From: the human T2T-CHM13v2.0 reference genome, Homo sapiens
Assembly (NCBI RefSeq): GCF_009914755.1
Contig: NC_060926.1
Length of the DNA stretch: 64,000 nt
Direction: 5' to 3' (one strand)
In this document: piece after piece, positions 30,601 to 42,194 of the stretch
Layout of the letters: every line of letters starts with the position of its first letter
Position numbering within the stretch: position 1 is the first letter of the stretch
The notes under the pieces: generated by a model
What the model was told of the DNA's origin: nothing
Databases searched by the model: none
What the model saw: the letters and a program-made list of their open reading frames with translations, nothing else
Made by a program: the position numbers and the translations under genes

Positions 30601-32235
30601 CTCTTCGCCTCCCTGCTGCCCCATCTCCTCTCTTGTCCTCTTCTGTCCCCAGTCTCCTTCACCGCTCCCTGCATGTTTTAATCCACCTCACTCCTTGTAC
30701 CTTACCCGCTTCTCACTTTGCCCTATTTACCTCTTTCCCTTTTTCTTTCCCATAGAAAAGCAATGCTAATTCGACTTCTGAAGGCCGCTCTAGATGTTCA
30801 AATAACAGTCTGAAAGACCTTGCTGGGCAGTGCTCAGAGAGAAAAGGGGAGTAATGGGATCCTTTTAATTTTATTATGCAAACTGTGCCCTAAATAAAAT
30901 AAAACGCCGTTAGAATGCGATCTAAGGAAGCCGAGCTTAGCCCTGGGGCCCCCAAAATGGCCGGAGATTCGGGAGAAGTCGCTTCTCGTGCCCACAAATC
31001 ACAGGAATGTTGGGGGTGGGGGTGAGAGGAGGACCTCGCGGCTGTGGAATGGGGACCTCAGCGCTGGAGACTCCAAAGCAAACCTTTCTGGGAAAAGTTC
31101 TCATCTTACTTTCTAACCCAGAAAAGGAATTGCTTCCCAGACCCCTCCAATATAATCATAGTATTTTCGAATTTAGGATACTTTAACAGTTAGTGTTTTT
31201 CCAAGTGAAGTTTTACTTGTTTGTTTTTGTGATGTGAATTAAAAATGAAGGGAACGCAGCCATTTGAACAATATATGCCTGGACTTCTAGAGGCTCTTTG
31301 CACCCTGATTTAATACTAAATTAACATTTGACGTGTATTAAATGGCACTGTAAGCCTGAGCTCCTTCCCTTGGGCTTCACTGAGTAGCCAGGCTCCCTAC
31401 CGAAATTTTGGGGAGAGAGGTGAGCGTTCAAAGCAACATCAGACAAGTAACTTTTAACTTGAGACTAACAAACTCCAAGCTGCCTGAAGCTACAGTGAGC
31501 AAGGTCACTTAGCTCCACCACCAAAGTGTCTGACCAGATACGTTTGTGCTGAAAGTGTATCACTGCAAACCATGGTATTTGTAGTATCAAATATCAACGA
31601 ATACATTCGGCACCGTATTTTGAAAGTGAACAACAATAAACACACTTTCTTGAAAACACCCCTGAGGCTGGCCATCCAGGGCAGGCACTGGGGTGTCTCA
31701 GGGCCGGGGGCGCGGGGGGAAAGAGCGATATAGTGAACTGGGTGTTTCAGCATTCACTGGAGAGAAGAGACCACAGAAGCACAGTTTGAGGGGAATGCCG
31801 AAAAGAGCAGCCGTCAGCCTGACGTGCTGCATCTGCACCCAGCTTCTCAGACAATAGCTAAGTTCAAATGTCAAAAAAAATCTAATAATAATAATAATAA
31901 AAACAGAGGTGCCAAACTGCAAGAATTGTTTTCTGGGATGTATGCCACATGAATCTCTTTTCCACCTCCAGACTACCCTGTTCCGACCCAGAAAGGCGAT
32001 GCTGTATAATAACGTATGAGGAATGTTTGGCGTAAGGAGTGTCCTCAAGACTGAGAGAGCTGTTTGTTCAGTTCTGTTAGGACCACCACAACCTCAAAGA
32101 ATCAAACCATTTTTCTGATAAAGCTGAATTAATATTTCTGGGCGTTGTTTTTACACACATACAAATACACACAAAACCCACCAAGCTGACCTTGGAATAT
32201 TTTTCTAGCTAAGAAATGACCAAATTTTGTCAATG

Positions 32236-32268
<33 letters not shown>
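32236..32268. repeat. (CAT)n microsatellite
   Basis: Seen directly. Confidence 0.9.
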
Positions 32269-32269
<1 letters not shown>

Positions 32270-34900
32270 TCTGGTCAATCAGCCTGGCTCTATGTTACCT
32301 AGCCCTGTGAATTTAAATTTGAAAAAGAGCATTGCACTCAGTGGGGAGGCAGGGAGTGTGGTGAGGGGGCAGGCAGGAACAGTCCATCACACTGTGACAG
32401 CTCCAGCTTCCCTGGCAATTGGTAGCTTTCATTACCAGACTTGTCAGGTGCACGCCTGCATGCAGCTCGAATGGGCAAACTGTTGGAAATGGGTTGTTTT
32501 AAAAGCATTCACTGGATTACCAACTTACTGTGCTTTCTTAGTTTATTTCCCATAATCTGAAATGCCCTGTAGTTTAAAGCTGTCCTATAAGTATCAGAAA
32601 GAAAGCTTCTTGCTTTCGGGTGAGAAATCATAATGTCTTTGAATGTATTACTCTTTGAAACCATCTAAAAACCTACGTACTTGCTCCTTTCCTGCAGATC
32701 AGACAAATCAGTTATCAAAATGATACAAAGAATTAGGGGAAGAAACACTTCAAAAAACTTAGGAAGACCAAGAAACAACTCATCCACTGCCAAGACGACA
32801 AATACTTTTCTCCACCCAAAAGCTACCGTGGAAGAGCTGTCCCCTTTGTATATAACACAGAGTATGGGTTGAGAGTATGCTTAACATTTTAATTTGTAAA
32901 TGCTAATGGCAAATGTGCTTCTGAACTGCAGCGATACCAGAGCACCTTATCATTCTCAAATGGAAACAAATGAGTAAATACCCACTTTGTGTTTTGTACT
33001 TTTGACCCAGGTAATGTTCTTCATTCTCTCATTTGGCAAAAGCAATTTCGCCATCCCCAACAATTAAAAGTCTGTAGCTTTGCCCAGCACTTTGAATCTT
33101 AATTCATACCCAGCTTGATCGCTTCCACCCCCAAATCATTATAAAATGCTACTAAAGCCATCTCTATAATATGTCAGTTCTTGTCAAATTAACTTGTTGC
33201 TCTACCCAGATTTCTTATTTTCTGTTTCTTTTACATTAAGGAACCTAGGACTATAGATATCATGAGGGGCAAGCATTTTATCTTTTCTGTTTATTGTTTA
33301 ATTACCTTTTCAAAAAAAGAAAAGTAGCAGCAAGACAGTAACAATCACAGATCTTATGAAAAGTGGCACACAAAAATTATGCTCTAAATATATATAATGA
33401 TTGCCTCACCAATGTTTTTTGCAGAATGTCAGGCTGATTTGAAAAGTTTCCTTTCTCCTTAATAATTTTTAAATGCATTCAGCAGCCCTGGGCATGCAAA
33501 GTAAGCTAGAGCTTTAAGACATTTGCCCACTTCATGTGGATCTGCCCCAGAAGTCTTTTGTCTGAAATGTCCCAAAAGCCAAAGAGAAAGCAATGTTTGG
33601 GCTCAAGTTACAATTTTCTCAATTCTCCCTGTTTTATTAGTGCGAACCTGAGAGTACCTTTCCTGACTCTAAATGTGAGAGCTTGGGGTGAAAATCACAG
33701 ATTAAAATGTGTTTGAGTGTGCCCCTTTTGCTTATACTGTTCCCAGAATCTCTTGACCCTCCTAGAAAACACACCACTTAAATCCAAACTCTGACTTACT
33801 AAAGTTAGTGTCAAAGAAAAACTTCTCCTCATTGGAACCTGGTTGACTTGGAGCTGGGTTAGAAAGAATAAGGTGTCTTTTCCTCTCTTGCACAGGAACA
33901 TGAGAGCGATCACGTAATGTGGCCCTTACTAACAGGCTCTGTGACACATTCACAGGTGTGTTCGGCTACTGAACCATGGAAGCCAGCTTCTCACTTCCAG
34001 TCACTCCGGGCTTCCCTTTACTAGTCACACTCTCTGAATCTCCTTGGGAAAATTCTTAATGACAAACTGACTAATTCTGAACCAGTCAGGATCTACCCTT
34101 CACTGCTTTAGGAAGTTTTCCACATATCTTTTTCGTCCTTTACCACAATAAAGTTTAGTCTTCATTGGCAGTATGTATATATCTTTGAGGCAGAAACCTT
34201 GTGGCTCTACTGAAACTTTTCTTCAACTGGGTTAAGTAATGCACTAAAAAGTTTCAAGCCCACAGTTATCTCTAACCCGTGGCTATTTTGTATTTTCTTT
34301 TCTCTGCCAAGCCTTTCAAGGATAAATCCAAAATCTTTCTAAAATCATAAGTGGTAACAAGAATGAAAGTAGCCACTAAATATCAAATGGAGTAAAAGTG
34401 ATCCTGGGCCAGCGGACTAAATCTCTAGGACCCAGAGATGCATTTAGAAGTCAAAGCATGTATCAGGTTGAAGAACTTTCATTATTTAAACAGATCATAC
34501 CCTAGGATGCATTTCATTTTCTTGACTGTTAAAACAACAACAACAAAAAACCCTGAAAGGTAGCTTCTTAAGTAGCCTATTAAATCCCCTTAGTAATAAT
34601 TTTCAAAAACTATTCTTGCTTTCACATCTCATTTCTGTTTTCCAGCCCAGAATACACTTCACTGAAATGGAGGAATAGTTTTTGAACTATATTTCTTTCT
34701 GGGCCATTTCACAGACATGGGCGGGTGGGGGATGGGGAAGTCATTGTCTTCATATTTTAAAACCCTGTGTTATGCAATGAATTCACTCCTCGTTGTGAAT
34801 ATGCATAGAAAGGTAGCGGTATTTGTTCCTTTGGCAAGTTTGGAAGAGCAGATTTGCTTTTGAAACAGCTACATTTTACTCAGCACTCGCTAAGACGAGT

Positions 34901-34920
34901 CAGTGCGCCCCCTGCTGACA
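34901..34920 (-). promoter_or_regulatory. CTCF-like motif
   Basis: Minus strand reads TGTCAGCAGGGGGCGCACTG, an isolated GC-rich match in AT-rich DNA. Confidence 0.65.
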
Positions 34921-36492
34921 AGTCAATAATGCTACTCCTGAGCAAAGTTTATTTTGTTCAGTAAACCGTGTCATATAAAATTAACAACAGCCAATAAAAT
35001 TAGCTTATATGTTTCAACTGTAAAAGTCCAAAACAAAATAAAGCTAGTTTTAGTGGCACTAGAAATCTCTAGTTTGGCTTCTTCTCTTTGGCTGAACCAA
35101 GGTCCTTTTATCTAAAGCCCAGTGCACAAACATATAGCTTAATGTGACTAGTGTTCTTCCTTTTATTTCTTTCTCTATGGCAACCAATATGCTCTGCTCA
35201 GAAATGTTCCCCATCAAGGAAACAAATGATCTTCAGGGAGCAGCTCTATATGGCATCTGGTCCAATGGAGCACACAGAGTTAACCCCAGTCAAAAGCAAC
35301 GCTGCCAAGCACGTAAACAAGGAGTGGAAAACTGGCGATTCTGAGCCCCCTCCCCAACTGAAACCTCTTCCTCCCTCGTTACAAACCGTTTCATTGATTT
35401 GGCATCAACTGTTTCCAAATAAATTACCAATTCTAAATTGCAAGGTGTTCTGTGTAAAAAAGTGCAATAAAATTCCAGCCATTGGATTCTCCCCCCTCAT
35501 CATCACAGACGCAGCTTCCCTTAAAAGAACAAAACCAAGAAGCTTTTAAAATTTTCTCCGGCCTATTTCACTAAGGTAAGGCACTCAAATGGGCCTGGAC
35601 TTGGCCTAGCTATGTCCTCCGGCCATGTTTATCTAATTAACTGCACCTAGCAATAACTGCACCCTCAATTTTTACAAAACCCAGGAACAGTGGCAAGGAG
35701 GGGACAAGTGAGGCTGTCAAAAATAGAAAACAAAGTGAAATCCAGTCTGCGATGCTAAAGCTCCAGCCTCCTTTGGGAATGAAGTGTAGGGATGTCCTGG
35801 TTAGTTTTGATTGATCACCCTCTTTCTGATGGGCTTTCACTACCGAGCTGGGAGGCTGCAGCTCCCCGCCTGCTCCCCAGACACAGCATTAACCAGGGGT
35901 GCCCTGACTTCCTGCCTCGCTTCCTCCTCCTCCAGCTCTCCGCCTTCCCTTTGCCAAGTCCCCCTCCTCACTCCATCCTCCTGCTCCCAGCATGCGTCCC
36001 CCCACCCCAATCCAGGCAGGCACACACAATTCAGGACATCACCACTGGCTACAGAAATAGGGTTTCTTCCCCTCTAGTCCTGATTCTCTGGGAAAAATAA
36101 AAAATCCCAATCAAGAAATATTTATATACTGCATGCTTAATAATCACTTCTTTTCCAGGGCTTCTTCCCCCTCCTCCCACCCCACCTTCACGATCAACAA
36201 TTACAATGAATAGCATTTTCCCCCCACCCCTCCAAAGTAAAGTGGCTTTTGCTGTGTGGGGCTTTGGACTGAGTCCATCTTTTTATGTAATATTTTAGCA
36301 GGGTTGGATTTTTTTAACTCCCCCCCAACACATCTTCCCTTCCTTCCTTCCTTCAGACAGTTGCTCTGTGAACCCTCTCTTGTCCCAAGCAATGAAAATA
36401 AGCTCCCAAACCTACAAGAACATAAATAAATAAGCCAAAAAGGAGGGGAAAAAGAAGAGGAAAGCAGGGAAAGAAAATGAAAAAACACTTAC

Positions 36493-36660
36493 CGAGCAAA
36501 CTTCCAGGGTTAGGTTTTTAAATAAAAGGTGTTTTTTAATTTTTTTTCAAATAAGGTGACTGGGTTGGGGGTGGAGGGGAAGGCATATTCTCAACTCTCC
36601 AGCACCGATGCGTCCTTAGCCTTCCCTTCACACTGACGCCTCGAAGCCCAGCTCTCCACT
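36493..36660 (-). ncRNA. PANTR1: Probable first exon of divergent lncRNA PANTR1 (LINC01158); the intron continues leftward
   Basis: Perfect minus-strand donor CG|GTAAGT (acttac at 36487-36492). The position about 4 kb upstream and antisense of POU3F3 matches the recalled locus organisation. The 5' end is approximate. Confidence 0.55.
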
Positions 36661-36694
36661 AGTCTATTATTTTCACCAAAATATATGAAAATGT

Positions 36695-36702
36695 ATGCAA
36701 AT
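36695..36702 (+). promoter_or_regulatory. Octamer (POU-binding) motif ATGCAAAT
   Basis: Exact octamer next to the presumed PANTR1 start. Confidence 0.45.
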
Positions 36703-38145
36703 GAAAATCAGCACTAACTGTTCTCCCCTTGTTATATACTTTGGATTTTTTTTTTCCAGACAAAACAATCACACTCGCAAAGGGAGGGGGCGGATGGGGT
36801 GGGGCAGCGTGGAGGGGGGAGAGAGGCCGGGGAGCGATTCGAGAATTAAGTACGACGAAAGGGGGGGAGGAAGAAGGGGACAGACCTCGGAACAGAAGTG
36901 TGTTTCTGTTATCGAGGAGCACAACGTTTTGGGGGGCTTCCCATACGCGCACACACACCCTCTTGAAAAGAAAGAAAGTGGATCTGTTTGCAGAGGCGCT
37001 ATCACGTTTCATCAGGCCACCTGAGACTGCTTTTGAAAGCGTGTACTGTGAAATTCATAGCAGTAATTTAGACAAAATCCTCACTGTATATTAATGAAAG
37101 GCGGCCCCATGGCTCTGTTCCTATCCTCCCCATTCAGTGTAAACAAAACCACGAGACTCTCTCGGTTTTTGAGCCGGATCCAAGCAAAATCGGCAGGAAA
37201 GGAAAACACGGGGTGCTGGCACCGACTATTCAAACGTCTGCACCTGGAGATCTCAGATTGATTCAATGAAATCTGTGTTCCATCTTTTATATATACATAT
37301 ACGCATACGTAAATATAAAAAGCAACCTTTGGGGGCCGCAGAGGAAAAAAATCCGTTCTGTTTGGGGTTTGGTTACCACCGCCTTTGGTATCTATACCTT
37401 GGCAATAATGGCTTTGCTAAAACCTACCTACGATGGTATCTCACCCGGCAAGCAGGAGCTGGACAAGAGCCTACATAAATTCTACGCGTCTAGTGTTAAT
37501 CTTGAGATCACGCGGGGGCTGCCTGGCTGCGGCTGGGCAGGAGAACTCCTGCTTTCACTGAGTTCACTTAACTGCGCTCGGCAGAGGCACGATACAGCGG
37601 GAGAGAAGGGCAGGCCCGTTCACATTTTAATCGGAGCGCACCGGCGGCCGCTCCTCGGCTGCGTCCTGGGCTGCCGCTCGGGCTCGGGACTGCCAGATGC
37701 AGGCTCTGGCTGGGGGCGGCGGGCGCAAGGCGGGCGCACCCGCAGCTAGGGGTGCGGGGTGCACGCACACGCACGCTCATTAAGAGCCATGTATTTATTG
37801 AATGTCCGAGTTGGGTTAGTTCATTGGAAATCCCCGAGGAGGGCTCAATTTGCCCTTGTTTTCGTTGCCACTTTCTCTTTTTTCTTGGTTCGCTGAGGTT
37901 CCTCTGTGCAGCGTTTCCGCTTGGCCGCGTCCCCCCACCCCACCCCACCCCACCCCCGCTTCTCTCGCCTACCGGGTGCACTCCCCCTCCCATCCCCCTT
38001 AACTCTTTCAGCTGGGTTAGAGCTGAGAAAGCATTTGTCGCCGCCAGCCCCATCCACCACGCAAATCCATCTGAGACAGAAAGGAAAGAAAAAAAAGCAC
38101 CACCATGCCTAAGAATAGAGAGCGAGCAAACCCCCCCACCGCTAA

Positions 38146-38146
<1 letters not shown>

Positions 38147-38183
<37 letters not shown>
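38147..38183. repeat. (CA)n microsatellite in the promoter island
   Basis: Seen directly. Confidence 0.95.
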
Positions 38184-38187
<4 letters not shown>

Positions 38188-38290
38188 AAGCGGTGGAGCA
38201 GAGAAGGGCGCGGCTAGCCGATCCCGGTTCTTTCGCCCGGCTCCTGCTGCCACGGGAATTCCTAAAGCCATTGGGGTCGAATACACTTAC

Positions 38291-38370
38291 GATGAATCTA
38301 TGGGGGAAGGTCGGACTGATTGCTTTTCAAATACATCGCACGGCTCCGCTGACCGGCACCCTCCAAACTC
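38291..38370 (-). ncRNA. PANTR1: Probable alternative first exon of PANTR1
   Basis: Second minus-strand donor ATC|GTAAGT (acttac at 38285-38290) within the promoter CpG island. The 5' end is approximate. Confidence 0.4.
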
Positions 38371-39019
38371 ACAAGGGCACGCACGCTACTTGCACGAATC
38401 CCAGAGGAGGGAGGAGGGAGGAAGGGAGGGAGAGCGAAGGAGGGAGAGAGGGGGTGGAGGAGCCAGGGAGCGGCGGCAGCGAGCGGTCCGTCTCGCACGC
38501 GCGGGCACCGCGCTGGTCCTGGGCTGCAGGTTTCCCAGATGATGGCATCCGAGAACTTAAACAAAGGGGGCTGCCGCCGGCGCGCAACGGCTGCGGAAAG
38601 TTGCGGTGGCGGATTTCCAAGGAGCGTGGCCACGACCAGAGCTCTTGGCGATGCGAGCCCCCGCTTCCCACCCCCGCCGATCAGAGAAGGGGGCCGGCTG
38701 GTGAAGGGAAGAGGAAACTTTGAAACCACTGGGGACACATCTGTCTATAGGTATTAGCTTGAATGGTACATCCGTGCCGCGCGCTTTACAAATCTCTGGC
38801 GGGGCGGGGGTAAGGGGGTGAGCAACCCGACGCGTACTAGGTGGGGTGGGCAGGTTGCTATTTTTCATGTTTCCCCCTTCGTTTTCCTTCTGATTCTCTT
38901 CCCCCCTCTCGTCCCTCCCTCCCTTTTATCTCCCCTTTCTTCCCCCCGCCCAGACCTATTGCGAACGCCCAGAGCCGCCGAGGGAACGCCAACGTCTGGG
39001 CCGGACACTAAGAGTTAAG

Positions 39020-39300
39020 ATGTGGCGGAGGGGGCGGCGGGGGAGGGGCGGGGAGGGGAAAGTGGTGAGGGGGAGGGAGGCTGGAGGACGACAGATTTCC
39101 AGCTTCTACGACGCTCTGCCTAAATTAAAAAGCAACCAATCGGAACGGCCGGAAGGGGGGCCTCGCGTCCTGAGCCAGTCATTCCGAGCCTGCCAATCAC
39201 CCAGCGGGTAGCCAATCAGCGGGGGCCCTGGTGCTCGACTTCCTTGTATTTGGGAAAGTGTGGTGGTGGGTGCGCGCTCGCGGCGGAGGGTAAACATTCG
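39020..39300 (+). promoter_or_regulatory. TATA-less CCAAT/GC-box promoter upstream of POU3F3
   Basis: Three same-orientation CCAAT boxes (39136-39140, 39193-39197, 39212-39216) and a GC box ggggcgggg (~39046-39054), followed by GA-rich sequence, inside a CpG island. Confidence 0.65.
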
Positions 39301-40691
39301 ACAGTCCCCGCTCTGAGAGGGAGGGACAGAGAGCGAACTGTCAGATCGGAGCGAGAGCGGGCGCCCGAGAGAGGGAGAGAGAGAGAGGGAGGGAGAGGAA
39401 AAGTGAGAGAGGGAAAGAGAGCGCGAACGAGGGCGCAGAGCGAGCTCCTGCTGCAACTCTGCTCCAGCACGGCCAGCGCCAGCGCCCGCCGTCGGTGCAC
39501 TCTACGAGCCGTGCAGCGTGCCCACTGGAGTTGTTGTGTATCAAGGATCGATCCCCTATATGCACACACACACCTCCACCTCCACCAATGCACTCTTCTT
39601 CCTCCTCCTTCTCCAGACAACTGCTGGGAAAAAAATAAAACACCAACCCCAACCGTCAGCAACAAGGTAACAGAGCGATTCGACATCATTTTTTTTCCTG
39701 TTCAATTTTTTCCTTGTTATATTTGTTTCCTAATTTCTGCCCAAAAGGAAAGATGTCGCATCAGACTGTGACTGTTGCGAGGAGAATGAAAAAGGACTCT
39801 TGTTTCAGAGGCAACCAAGAGCTCCGGCAATAGCAACTTCAGAGAAATGCACCATCGCAAGAAGTTTTCCTAGGACAGAACAAAACTTGAAACGAGAGGA
39901 CCAGAGGGGGAGAGCAGGAGCCAGCCTCCCCTCTCCGCACTCGCGAGCAGCCAGCAGCACCACGCCTTCAAGGACGAAAAAGTTTTACTACTCTAAGGGA
40001 AAACGAGTGAAATGTGTTCCTGAGGAGGAGAGGAGAGGAGAGGAGAGAGCGGACAAGAGAAGGAGCGGGCCGGTTGCTGGTCATCCGTAATTTGGCTAAG
40101 GAAGAAAGGAGCAGCTTCTTTCTTTGTTATCTCCCGTGAAACCTTCACTTAGCAGGTGGACGGAGCCCCGCGACCGGGCAGAGTCCGGGCTCGCCCGAGG
40201 ACAGGAGGAGGAGCGGGAGCCCGCGCGTCCCGGGAGAGCGCCCCGAGTGCAGGTCCCCGCCCCGCCCGGCGAGCCCCGCTGGAGCGAGCCCAGCGCGCCG
40301 GGGCTGGGGGGCGGCCACGACCCCCCCTGAAGGGGGTGGCCACGGAGCGCACCCCGAGAAGCGAGCCCCCCTCCCCAGAGCGCTGCTCCTGCGGCTGCTG
40401 CTGCTGCTGGTGACCAAGGCCGGCCGGCGACCCCCGCGCCCTGCCGAGCGGCCTTGCAGCTGCAGCCGGGGGCCGCGGCGGCGGCGGCGGCGGCGGGGGC
40501 GGAGGCGGCGGCGGAGGAGGAGGCGGCGAAGGCGGCGGGGCCGGCGGGGGCCCGGGGCGGGGGCGGGGAAGGAGGGGGGGAGGAGGCGGGAGGCGGGGGG
40601 CGCGGCGGCGGCGGCGGCGGCGGCGGCCGCGGCTGCTGCTGCGGCGGCGGCGGCGGTGGTGGCGGCGGTGGGGTGGCGGGAGCGGAGCGGC

Positions 40692-42194
40692 ATGGCCACG
40701 GCGGCTTCTAACCCCTACCTGCCGGGGAACAGCCTGCTCGCGGCCGGCTCTATTGTGCACTCGGACGCGGCAGGGGCTGGCGGCGGCGGGGGTGGCGGCG
40801 GCGGCGGCGGCGGGGGCGGCGCAGGGGGCGGGGGCGGCGGCATGCAGCCGGGCAGCGCCGCCGTGACCTCGGGCGCCTACCGGGGGGACCCGTCCTCTGT
40901 CAAGATGGTCCAGAGCGACTTCATGCAGGGGGCCATGGCCGCCAGCAACGGCGGCCATATGCTGAGCCACGCGCACCAGTGGGTCACAGCCCTGCCCCAC
41001 GCCGCCGCCGCCGCCGCCGCTGCCGCCGCCGCCGCCGTGGAGGCGAGCTCGCCGTGGTCGGGCAGCGCCGTGGGCATGGCTGGCAGCCCCCAGCAGCCAC
41101 CGCAGCCGCCGCCGCCACCGCCGCAGGGCCCCGACGTGAAGGGCGGCGCCGGGCGCGACGACCTGCACGCGGGCACAGCGCTGCACCACCGCGGGCCGCC
41201 GCACCTCGGACCCCCGCCGCCGCCCCCACACCAGGGCCACCCTGGGGGCTGGGGGGCGGCCGCCGCTGCCGCAGCCGCAGCCGCCGCCGCCGCCGCCGCC
41301 GCGCACCTCCCGTCCATGGCCGGGGGCCAGCAGCCGCCGCCGCAGAGTCTGCTCTACTCGCAGCCCGGAGGCTTCACGGTGAACGGCATGCTGAGCGCGC
41401 CACCGGGGCCCGGCGGCGGCGGCGGCGGCGCGGGCGGTGGAGCCCAGAGCTTGGTGCACCCGGGGCTGGTGCGCGGGGACACGCCAGAGCTGGCCGAGCA
41501 CCACCACCACCACCACCACCACGCGCATCCTCACCCGCCGCACCCGCACCACGCGCAGGGACCCCCGCACCACGGCGGCGGCGGCGGCGGCGCGGGGCCT
41601 GGACTCAACAGCCACGACCCGCACTCGGACGAGGACACGCCGACGTCGGACGACCTGGAGCAGTTCGCCAAGCAGTTCAAGCAGCGGCGCATCAAGCTGG
41701 GCTTCACGCAGGCCGACGTGGGGTTGGCGCTGGGCACACTCTACGGCAACGTGTTCTCGCAGACCACCATCTGCCGCTTCGAGGCCCTGCAGCTGAGCTT
41801 CAAGAACATGTGCAAGCTCAAGCCGCTGCTGAACAAGTGGCTGGAGGAGGCGGACTCAAGCACCGGCAGCCCCACAAGCATCGACAAGATCGCGGCGCAG
41901 GGCCGCAAGCGCAAGAAGCGGACCTCTATCGAGGTGAGCGTCAAGGGCGCGCTGGAGAGCCACTTCCTCAAGTGCCCCAAGCCCTCCGCGCAGGAGATCA
42001 CCAACCTGGCCGACAGCCTGCAGCTCGAGAAGGAGGTGGTGCGGGTCTGGTTCTGCAATCGGCGCCAAAAGGAGAAGCGCATGACGCCGCCCGGGATCCA
42101 ACAGCAGACGCCCGACGACGTCTACTCGCAGGTGGGCACCGTGAGCGCCGACACGCCGCCGCCTCACCACGGGCTGCAGACGAGCGTTCAGTGA
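40692..42194 (+). CDS. POU3F3: POU domain class 3 transcription factor 3 (Brain-1/BRN1), 500 aa, uninterrupted CDS
   Basis: ATG at 40692 (cggcATGG) to TGA at 42192-42194 is 501 codons. Starts MATAASNPY, typical of class III POU proteins. Has poly-G, poly-A, poly-P and poly-H tracts, a POU-specific domain ([25 protein letters not shown]...) and a POU homeodomain ([10 protein letters not shown]...[14 protein letters not shown]). The C-terminus ...HHGLQTSVQ and the length match POU3F3 as I recall it. Confidence 0.98.

Noticed and set aside
37752-38723. 323-aa ORF in the promoter island
   Set aside because: GTG start, crosses a (CA)n tract, no recognisable homology.
39588-39638. uATG 39588 as an in-frame start for an extended POU3F3 after splicing
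   Set aside because: It is in the right frame but terminates at TAA 39636-39638.
40149-41624. 491-aa antisense ORF over POU3F3
   Set aside because: Mirror of GC-rich codons and triplet tracts; low complexity with no recognisable domain.
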